DNA of 64,000 nt from Blastocystis sp. subtype 4 (Eukaryota): positions 1-64,000 of the forward strand of contig NW_014569527.1 of the NCBI RefSeq assembly GCF_000743755.1, written 5' to 3'. Of the stretch, positions 53,597 through 64,000 are shown piece by piece (positions within the stretch are counted from its first letter, which is position 1; each line of letters opens with the position of its first letter). The notes beneath the pieces were generated by a model that saw only the letters and a program-made list of their open reading frames with translations, ran no database searches and had not been told where the DNA came from. A program made the position numbers and the translations under genes.

Positions 53597-55244
53597 ATTG
53601 AAATTCCTTAAAGAAACTTTCCATCTTATCATATGGATAAATCGACGTTCCATGACCATCTGACCACTGCACACTTATTCCATAATTGCCTTCATAGTCA
53701 ATACTCGTTGGAACTACATCTGCTGGTACATCCTCCTCCTTCAACAGCTTCTTTCCAGTAAATTCATCAACACACTTTGAACATCCACATCGCATACGCA
53801 GTGATGTGAAGGAAGACATTCAAATCTTATTCAGACAAAGGATATAATCTCGAGGTTTCATTTTGATCTCTTCAGCAGAGGTGGGAGAGATCTTCCGAAG
53901 AACTATGCCATCTTCCTTCTTAAATGAAACCTCATAGTTTGTGCCTGGAATGTAACGACGACGCACCATATCTGCAATTAGCTTCAAATTACGAAATAAC
54001 AAAAATAGTACCGATTCTGCAATCATTGAGAATTTGTCAGATATAGGAGACTCTGGATGTGAACAGACGACAGGAAGCTCATCTGACTTGGACAATGACA
54101 GATCGATAGGTAATGTGAACTTGTTAGGAATAGCAAATTTCGTTGACAAAGCATCCAGATTAGTGGTCCCGAAAGGATAATAGGTTTCTCCATGTTTACA
54201 AGTGAAGCTAGACATGTTCTCCACCAATGCATTCACAGGAACTTTCAGCTTGGAGAACATTCGGATCCCTTTCTCTGTATCTGCTACTGACAGAATCTGA
54301 GGTGTAGTGACAATGACTGATCCTGACAATGAGAGCTTCTGACAGAGGGATAACTGAACATCGCCTGTACCAGGAGGGAGATCCAGAATCAAAAAATCCA
54401 GATCACCCCAGAGAGTGTTGTTGAGAATCTGCTCGACAATACTCATCACCATTGGTCCACGCATTATATTACTGCTAGTTGTGCTGGACATCCACCCAAA
54501 TGACATACAAAGTAATTCGTGGAGTTTGAAGGGAAGCCACGTAGATTCATTGTAAGCAAGAACTAAATATGATTGAGAATGAGTAATAGTACTTTGGTCT
54601 TTTTCGTGATGCAGAAGAATGGGAAGTGAGGGACCGAAAATGTCGCAATCGAGAATGCCAACACGACCTCCTAATTGATGGAGTCTACAATTTAGACCGA
54701 CTTTCTAGAATACGCAAAGGCCAAATTTACGGCAATTGTAGACTTTCCTACACCTCCTTTACAACTTGAGACGGCAATAATGTTGCTAACATGTTTAAGA
54801 TTATCAATCTTGTTATGACGGTCAGTTACCATTGCAGAAGGACGCTGGGATTTGGGACTAATATTCACTTCCATCGGATTCAACCAAGCTAGAGAACGGA
54901 GAGCTTCATGACATGCCATAGAAAGCTAACCATAATGAAAGGAGAACAAAGAGTACTTCATCATACTTGGGATAGGCATTAGAAATCATTTCGATATTAA
55001 ACGATACTCCTCTTTCTGTAGGTTTGATGTTTTTAACCCAGTTTAGTTTCTTCAGAGGTAAATTGGTATAGGGTTCAATAACCTAGTAATCACTTTTTAA
55101 ATAGTAAGCTCATACACTGTTAAGAACGTTGCGTATCTCTTCAACTCGTTGAGCCTCTACCATGGGATTAAGAGTAGAAAACCGGGAAGCGAGAACTCTC
55201 ACAAAGGAAGACGACGTTGCTCCAATTCTAAGAGATGATAGCAT
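53597..55244 (-). CDS. HCF101: HCF101-type Mrp/NBP35 Fe-S cluster carrier ATPase with presequence; stop probably made by poly(A)
   Basis: SSCKGGVGKST, DCDIFGPSLP, MRGPM, LDLPPGTGDVQL, ENMS; N-terminal DUF59-like region; C-terminal LRMRCGCSKC…GNYG…WSDGH. Confidence 0.88.
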
Positions 55245-55384
55245 ACTTGAGATGAGATATTGATAGTCGAAGAATTCCCGTTTTCTGTGATAGGAACTAG
55301 AATGTGGGATCCCACCTATCAAGATAATAATTGTACATTGTGTGGCCCGGTCCTGAACCTGCCATTTTAAGTAGATCCAAGTGA

Positions 55385-58300
55385 ATGAGTGAGGAGAATT
55401 CGTGGGTTGACTTTTCCAATGCATCTCCTTGGGAGGAAAGTATTACTCAATTGGAGGAAATCCTTGTTAATTTCCAAATTGGATTTCGATTGCCTTGTAC
55501 TCGTCCTTCTCTCTTCTTAACAAGTTAGCTTCCGACAATGAAATTGATACTGTAAAAGAGTTGTACATGTTCGACGGATTACAATATTGTGTCAAGTACT
55601 GTTTTTCATCGTTTTCCAATGTTCTCAATGACGGTACGAGTTTTTTTGCATCGAATTTTAATGTGTAGAGAATGTCTATTGGCCTTCGTATATGAATGAG
55701 ATGATGAAAACAGATCATCCTGATATATCAGATGAAATCGACATATTCCATTCATTTGGGATTTCTGAATTTATATTTATCCAATTAGTAGACTTCTTCA
55801 TTGTGTTTGAGAATAGGAGAGTTCGGATCTTCGTAGATATGTTGATTTGAATCGACCAAAGCAACTGCTCTCGACTGCTATCATTGCACAGCGTCATCTT
55901 GAGCTTTCTCTTCCTGTCTTCGTCGAAGTCGTTTCCTTTTTTTGCATTTTATTTAGGGACCTCCTGATTCGTATCCCATTCTAGGTGCTTATTATGCACC
56001 TCAGGGATTGTATTCCTGTTCTACCACATTCCAAACGGAGCAATTTTCATCTACTCCTTCTTTTTGTGAATCGCTTCATTCCTTTGTCGACTGGTTCTGT
56101 GAGAAAACACGATGTACTCAGGATTCGCTCCTGGTTCGTCGTAGCTATGATTGGACATGGTTTCCATCTTCTTCATGGAGAAATCGAACTTATTCGAAAG
56201 AAGAACTGCAATCAGAGTATCCTGTTCTCTTCATGCTTCAGGGGTTCTCTTCGGTTCCTATGTGGGGTCCTTCTCACAACCCCCTGCTTTCTATGCATGT
56301 TTCTATTCGAATGCCCATTTCATCCATGGTTTTCCCAGTTTTCAGTATTCACCCCTAGACGGAGTTCCGCGGTTTTGATCCACTTTTGGCGGACCGCTTT
56401 ATTGTGAAATCAGAGCTAGGGGAATTGGTTCGATTGCCCCTATGCAGTATGTGGACATCTCTGTGTCACTGCTGGAGTGAAGCAAAGAAAGAAGGAGAGA
56501 AACACATTTTGTACAATGCTGGACAACGCTTCTACAACCAATTAGTGAGTAATGAAGCCAATGGCAATAATTGTGATGATTTTTGGAATTCCTAATTTCT
56601 AGCTAATTCTCACAGAGTGTTTTCTTCAATGATGGATATGTTGACGGGTGTATGACTAGGTATCCTTGATGATCAATAGACTCATGCAATCAGTACAGAA
56701 GCAATTGTAGATGCTGTGAAGTATGTCTTTACAAAGCGTATTCAAGTGTGTGAAGACAAGTTAGTGACCAATTTTACACGCAGCAAGTTTGTTCCTGAAG
56801 CATATTTAGAATCTATTCCCAATGAAACTCCTGATGATGAAACTCCCGATGATGAAACTCATCCCATTCTATTACCAAAACGAATCATTAGAATTCCTAT
56901 TCATGATCGTGTGTATCATTACATCTGTGAGTGCTATAAGCCAGTTGTCAGTCGTAGTGCCTCGAGCTACTGGTTCATATCACATCGAGCGAGCAGTGTT
57001 GACTCCATCTGATAGTGATACTGTGAGTCATTCATCTCCTATCAATAGTCTTGTTACTCTACTAAGTCTTCGATGTGGTGAGATAGTGAGTGAACGTAAG
57101 ATTGAGATGAGTAATGATGAGACAGGTCCAGTAGAAACCTTATCATTATTTTGGTATCTGTTTGTTTCGGTTGTTGAGTATCATTACGAACAATTGAAAT
57201 TGTTACCCCATATGGGATGCATACTTGATCACAAAGATAGCATTTGTGTGAATCGACCACCTCTTCCTTCATTTCAATATACTTTACTGCATCAAAAACT
57301 AACGATGTTGAATTGTTGTATTGAAGAGAGAGCGAATAATTCAAGATACATTACTGATGACGAATCTCTTGGATATGAAGAGTGTTCATCTGATAGTGAG
57401 GTAACGTACTTTTCAGATTCTGAAGATGAATCTGAAGTAATAGAAACAGATCAGGTGAGTTCAGTAGAGAGAGAGGAAACTGACTCAAATGAGAAGGAAG
57501 AGGACTATGTGAAACCAGAAGGAAGAGGGATTTTGAATTGGAGTGGTTGGTTTCTGGCAGGAACCGATATTCCTTGCTTTATTCCTATCACTAAGGATAA
57601 AAACATTCTCACAGTTATCATTAGTTGGATCCTTCACCTCTAGGAGGATGAGTTTCGGAAGCAACAAGAACTGCTGGCACAAGCTGGATCCTCTGTGAAT
57701 TCAATTCGTGATGTCTTTGTGGATACAGTGATTGATGATATTCAAGCTTTCAAAGCAGCAAATCCTCAAGCTCGATTTGAAGACTTTGTGCGTTGGCATT
57801 CACCTCGTGACTGGAGTCCATCTGATTCTTCTCGTTTCTCTTTCTCTTCTTCTCTCAGGTCTAGCTTATGGTGAACTCTCTGCACGTATGCGAGGAGATA
57901 ATCCTCTTCATGTTCTCTTCAATCAATCCGTTCCTTTGGCTGCTTCTCATCAGAAACGTCTTTTCAATGCTACTGTGGAGGGTGAGATTGTTCTCGATTA
58001 TTTGCGCACGCTCTCACCTCTCTCTGTAATGAATCAGATTCTGCTTCCTTTTCTGGGAGCCTCTTGCTATATCCTTGAACACATCGATCCGCAAACCAAT
58101 ACAATTCCCACGGTAATTCGATCATTGTCGAAATTGAAGACTGCAGTTCATGATTTATCATTACTCTTGGATGGTGATGGCGAATTGAACATGGACTCAT
58201 TGAATCTCTGTGAAGAAAGAATGCAAGAGGCTGAAGCTGTTGCCACGAAGGCTTCTGCCTTGCTGGGTGTGACAGGAGGAGATGTGAAATTGACTGAGGC

Positions 58301-58598
58301 ACTATTGGAGAATGGTTATTGTGTTGATCTGAGTGAGTCGTTGCAGTCTAGTCGTGATTCCATTGTGCGGTTGATAAGTGAGCGATTGGAGCAATCACAG
58401 TCTGATGCTAGTGAATATGAAGTATGGTCGAGAAGCCGATGTAGTGCTGAGGATGCGTCGCTGGATGCGTTTGTGGAGCCTTTAGGAAACAAGGCGTAAG
58501 CATGAAGGATGAGCATTAAGAGTAGGGTTGTAAAAAAGGATTCGAAGAAGACAACAGTGTCAACTGCGATAAGTGCATGTGATATTTTGAGTTTGTGA
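55385..58598 (+). CDS. RAB3GAP1: Rab3 GTPase-activating protein catalytic subunit
   Basis: DFSNASPWE, LLHQKLTMLNCCIE, DIQAFKAANPQARFEDFVRWHSPRDW, LSARM. Confidence 0.88.
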
Positions 58599-58690
58599 GG
58601 GTGTTTGTTAGATCACAGAATTTTAGAACTTGCCTTTTCTTTTCATCAAATTCGACAGTAGTTGCTGTTTTACTGATTCTGTTTGGATAT

Positions 58691-61600
58691 ATGTCGTATA
58701 AGCAAGTGAATTCACTCGCTTTGTCTGTTTCTCGGTATCAAAGCTTTGACCGGGTGGCACGTTATATGTTTTATCTCCAGAAGCTTGGAAATCAACAAAG
58801 ATCTCAGTTTTGGAGGGATTTGTCTGTCGGATTTGAATAAAGTGGATCAAACATAGATTTCTGATGGTATTCATGTAGAAGATGTCACTTTCAAAACATT
58901 AAACCCAGATTCATATTTCCAGCGTTTATCATCTCTAGCAGACAATTCGTACTTATTTGATACGTCAACAACGGTAATTGCCTCCTATAAAGAGAATTCT
59001 CTTGTTCTCTGTTTGGACTTCTCGTCAAGTATGCACGAGTTAGATGATACAACTGGAAATACGTATATTGAAGATATGTTAATGAATTTGGAAAACACGA
59101 TAAGTCATTTGTTTCGTCCTTGGACAAATCCAACGAAAGATGTTGATTTGAGTATGGATTTCAAGTCTCGTTATTGTGTCAAGGCAGTTCGACTCACTGT
59201 GTTACTATTTGGAGAACATTTCACAAATTGTGTTCTTTTTGATCATGAGGTAACTCTTTCGACTGTAAAGGAAACAGCTGCTTATATTATCAATTTAATT
59301 GAAACGAACCCATCTGTAACACATCCACATCCTGAACCAACAGAAGCATCGATTCCACTTCTTCATTCTACGCTTCATTTTCCTCTTTCTTCTTCTTCAT
59401 CTGTATCATTGGCTTCCATCTCACCTCATCCACTGGATCCACCTGAACTAATAAGGGAGATAGATTTGTTGACTGAGGTGGTACGACAGTCTCTCTATTT
59501 ATTTCAACAAATCACTGCTGACACCGTAAAATCAATCCTGATTGTTAGTCGATGTCAGTTGGATGTGAATACGAAAAGCTTTCAAAGCTTATTATTGTTG
59601 CTGATTCAACGAGACATTTGTTTGTGGTGTCTTCCACTTCTTAACACTTCATCACGATCCTGCTTGCACACAGATGATTGTACTGAGATGCAAGTTCTTT
59701 GCCGAATCACAGGAGGAGAATGTGTATATGAAACTGTTTGCATTCACGAGGGTTATCACTCTGTAGACATTGTCATCTCATATCTTCCTTCGTTCGGTTG
59801 ATACTAATCAGTCTATCATTTCTACTCTTCCTTTCACAATCTCTGCTAGCCATGCTTGTGATTCTAATGATCTCCATCACATACATGTATCATGTCAGAA
59901 ATACATTGGATACGTTGAGAGTTTTGTTGAAATATGTCTTCGGGAAGGATTCCTCGTTGAGAAGGTGTGTCTTCTCCAAGGTCGACTCTTCACTGCTACT
60001 CTTCTTCTTCCTCTCTCATTCACTCTTCATTTGAAACTAATTGTTCATACGGTGAGTCTTTGAATGAGTCCTCATATGTAGTCTGAATGGGTTACATTGA
60101 AACAGCAAACCTTTTTCACAGAGATGAATGTGATTCATTCTTCGTATTCTTCTCATTATATCACTTCCGCAATCCAACTTGCTTGGCATATTCACAATCA
60201 TTTCAATAGTCTATTCTCTCTTAACCCTCCTCCTGATGCACTGATGGATTGTGTGTTAGTTACATCAGGTTTCGAGTCTACAGTCATTCAATCATACTGT
60301 CTCTCATTCCTAGTCTCTTTGTTTCGATATCTTCGTTCATCCATTCATTGGTACAACTGTCAATGCTCAAGACAAACAGAACAGTCTGGACTCATGGTTA
60401 GCACCATGTCAACTAATTACGGTATCTCGTCTAACAACATGGATTAGTGTATACTTAGTGATCAAGTCATTCCTTTGTAGAACACATTTCAATTCCTTGG
60501 CTATCAATCATACCATCGTTCTGTTCAACATGCTCAGCCAACGAATCCACTCTTCATATGTGAACAACAAACTCATTCGTTTCTTCTTCAACCTTATATC
60601 AAATCGAACCAACTGATCATTCATTGCACTCTTCAACTCATTCGATGGGAAGGAAGTATCTCTTCTGAGGAGATCCAATATCTCTTACGAGATGAGATCA
60701 CTAGACTCACATCTGACTATCAGAATCAGAGAGTCTTTCAGAAGGATCTCACTCTTCAAATCATATTTCCTTCATTACGACTGAATCTCACACACCAGTC
60801 CAATTTATTTTCAAATCTGACACAAAAACTGGAAAATTCTGACACTTGTCAAAATAACCCCATACTTTGTCCATGTGTTCCTGCTGCCCACTTTTGTTGG
60901 GAATCCTATGAGATTCATCGCCATCCAGTTAACGCCTATTTTATTCTCCATTCCATCTTATCGTCACATATTCTGGATTGGTTACAATTGAATCATTTCC
61001 AGTTGTATCGCTGTTCAGAGACAGGAGATGGAACTCAAGCCTATTTGACAAGCACCAGAAATACTGGTCGTCAATTGGTACTTCGCTATTCCCGCGGTTC
61101 TGAACAACATACACTTGAAGTGTTGTATCAACCATTCATCTCAACACTCCTTCAGCCTCCAATAACTCCATTATCCACTCTTCTGGAATGTTCTCAAAGG
61201 AAGAGGAATCGAATGACCATTCCTGAGACTGAAGAGAAGGTATTATTGCATGTGTATTTGGAGCAAATGTCAACTGAACTCCAACTGAATTCAGTTCTGT
61301 TTGATTTGTTATCTCGTCTGTTCAACTCAGTTCTGACACATCAGGTGTCTTCTTCAACCATCACAAACTCAACACTGTTCATTCATCTCATTCTTTTCAT
61401 TTTTAGAGAGCAAGAAGTTGTTAGGATTCTCCTACAGCGGTGTATTCATTCAACACAGCATTTCTACGCATTCTTACCTGTCTTGCCCACAAGTCATTCA
61501 CACACATGTCCTTTGCTTTCTAATAAATTTTCGGTACCATTTGTCCATTCAAAATCGGATTCCATTAGTATGCAAGCTAATTCCTATCTGTTCTCAATCA

Positions 61601-64000
61601 TTCAATTCAATCTATCAATTCGATTTTTCACTCTTCCTGATAGTATGTTGCATCATCTTCACACAATCGCTTCGGAGAATGTCGATTACGCATTCATTAA
61701 CCATTCTCAAGCCTTTTTCACTATATGTGATTCTCGAGGTAACTCACTCACATCTCGAGAAACAGAGTTCTCTCTGTATCTCCTCTTCCTTCACGATTTT
61801 TCGTCTCAATCTTCAATGCGTGATTGATGATTGAATCACTCACTTATAGCTGGACAATCTTTTATCACAATCGATTCATTCCTTGCATCTCCTTCCTTCT
61901 TCTCTGTATCTGCCATTACAAATGCTCAAGATATCCGAGAAAAAGGAACAATTCCACAAGAAGTCCAGATTTCTGATCTATTCAAATCATGCTTTCTCTA
62001 CACAGTGTACCATTCAATCAGGAATGATTATCCCGTGAATTCATCTGAACTCCAACGCTTTCTGACATCTGATAGCTGTTCCTCAGGTACCATTCAAGTT
62101 GATTTGTCTCCACTTCTGCGAGTTCTGCCTGTTCTGACATCAGATGAAATTGAGTCATTTGATGACACACTTGTAGCCATGATCGATAGTATGAATTGTT
62201 TGATGTTCAAGGAATGGTTGGTCGTGCGATGTGATTCATTTCCAACCTTTATTCGCATGGATATCGTTCATTCAAAACGAAGTGGAACTTCGAACGAAGT
62301 AGGTTGTTTTTCTGGAATTCCACAAATAGTGTAAGAATCAAGTATTCTCTCTAATGAACACTCCATGTTCATTCTGTTCATTGCTGGCTCCTTGTGTAAG
62401 CAATCACTGTGTCCGTCTTTCATTTCGTCTTACATTCTTCTGTCCCCGAGAGCATCTCCAGCTTCCTGTTCACAGCTCCAGCACAGATCGAAAGCGTGAT
62501 GATATGATGGATGTACGCTTTTCGATCAGCAGTAGTCGTCATAAGAGTGTCTATGACTCGATTCGCAGTATTCTCACAGAGGATCAGCCTCTTACTGTTG
62601 TCAAGCAGTTGACCAACATTGTGACAGCCTGTGTTGCTGAACAAACTGTTCTTATTCTCGAAGAATCTCTCCTCTCCCATCTATCGAATCTCAAACTGGT
62701 TTTTCAACTCCTCTCGGATCTGAATGTCGGTCATTCAGTTCGACGTGTTGATGTCATCTCCAATTTCAGTCTCGTAAGTCAGACGTTTTATCTGATAAAT
62801 AGACACCTCGTATTCTGGAAGTATTTAACCATTCGTTTGCTATGGATTGTTCATCTCAGTCAGAACGGTCGACACTGGGAAATAGATCCTTCTTGCGAAT
62901 TGGACCATACTATCTTTATATCAAACCCCGAACACATTCATCAATGAAACTCCCATCTCATGAATATCCACATAGCTTGAAACGAGCAAAGGCAGGAACA
63001 TCCTCACCTGAAGAACGAGATAAACGGTTATTTGAGAATTTTGGTCTAGCGCAGTATGAGTTACCATTCATCTGCATTGTTTACAAGGTTGCTGGAAAGA
63101 ACACATTTACCATTATCCTTCATGACTATCAAGGACAACTGAACAAACAATATGAGAATGATGATGCATTGAAAACACAATTCTTAAACAGTTTCCAGTC
63201 TTCAACTGTTCCTACGCCTGTAAGTGATCCTATGAGTGATATTCCTTTTAATGAAGGATTGGATAATGAAGTACCCAGTTTGGATATTCCCTCCAATGAA
63301 ACTCCCACAAGAGATGAAACTGTCATTCATGAAGATGGTCAGTTGGAAGGTACATTGAGTGATGATGCTCAATGGAAGTCCATCATGTTGTCACATCATT
63401 TAGGTCTCATTCAAAATCAGTTGGAGCTTAATTTATTTGAAGCAAAGAATCAGTGTAGAATGATCACCATATTGGAAACACGAGAAATGGAGAGAGTTGC
63501 CTTAGTTGATAACACTCGATGTGATAGGCTGAATGTGATACTCATTGGTAGATCAGACAATTCGCTTTCATCTTCATCTTCATTCATTGTACGCAGATCA
63601 GTACTATCTTCCTTTCCCATTGCTTCAAACGTTATATGAGACTCTTCTATGGGTTTCTGAAGCAAATGTGAAGGCTTTGCTGTCTGGTCTTCGAGCTGAT
63701 TTTATTGACTCTCTAGTCAGACAGCCACAAGCCTTCATAGATACTGTGAATCCTGATTTCAATGTATTGTTTATCAGTCTCTCTGGATTGGAGTGTTCAC
63801 TTCTGGTTCTTACTGTCGTTCAGGCTGGCCATGGAGGCTATGAATCTAATTGTGACTGTACACACATTAAAGGAAGGAATACGAAGGCTTGGCTATTGAA
63901 AGCACAGGTCTGGGGATGGAATGGGATTCAGGAAGGATGCTGTGATTTTGCTGTTCATCTCATTCATCAACATGTTCTACAATGCAAATTAGAGAGTCTG
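58691..64000 (+). CDS. SZT2: SZT2-like (KICSTOR scaffold) large protein, 5' part; runs off the window
   Basis: LDFSSSMHELDDTTGNTYIED…LFRPW and CLREGFLVEKV resemble the SZT2 N-terminus. Very long multi-exon gene, possibly more than one gene. Confidence 0.6.

Noticed and set aside
56821..56862. 15-nt tandem triplication (ETPDD)
   Set aside because: Ordinary in-frame slippage repeat in a RAB3GAP1 loop.

Overview
Gene-dense eukaryotic nuclear DNA, not prokaryotic. It holds about 34 protein-coding genes and one tRNA-Ile(AAT), with short intergenic spacers and many ~30-nt GT-AG introns that fragment the supplied ORF track. The ~30-nt introns, a TGTTTGTT motif just after gene ends and genes lacking a usable genomic stop together point to the anaerobic gut stramenopile Blastocystis (inference; subtype not determinable). 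Recognisable genes: Tim17, SUMO, a voltage-sensor/PTEN phosphatase, an NT5C-like HAD hydrolase, RPL35, a Mei2-like RRM, PP2C, a degenerate PEPCK-like protein, a PHT1/PHO84-like MFS transporter, glyoxylate reductase with phosphoglycolate phosphatase, mL41, CapZ-alpha, Tim23, a J-less DnaJ-like secreted protein, histones H3/H4, METTL16, PUS7, UNG, uL29m, a SAM-MTase/TPR protein, a ~2,700-aa modular surface protein, dynein intermediate chain, FTCD, a triple-SH3 protein, a PPR protein, HCF101, RAB3GAP1 and the 5' part of an SZT2-like gene. Highlights: (1) eight genes appear to get their stop codon from poly(A) addition, and two of them run in frame into the next gene; (2) 22 hormone-receptor-like Cys/Trp modules with 13 identically placed phase-1 introns; (3) a VSP-like phosphatase in a stramenopile; (4) a recurrent CCGCGGGAAT motif. 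Gene models were spliced by eye, so multi-exon spans are start-to-stop estimates. All homology calls come from recalled family motifs, not database searches.
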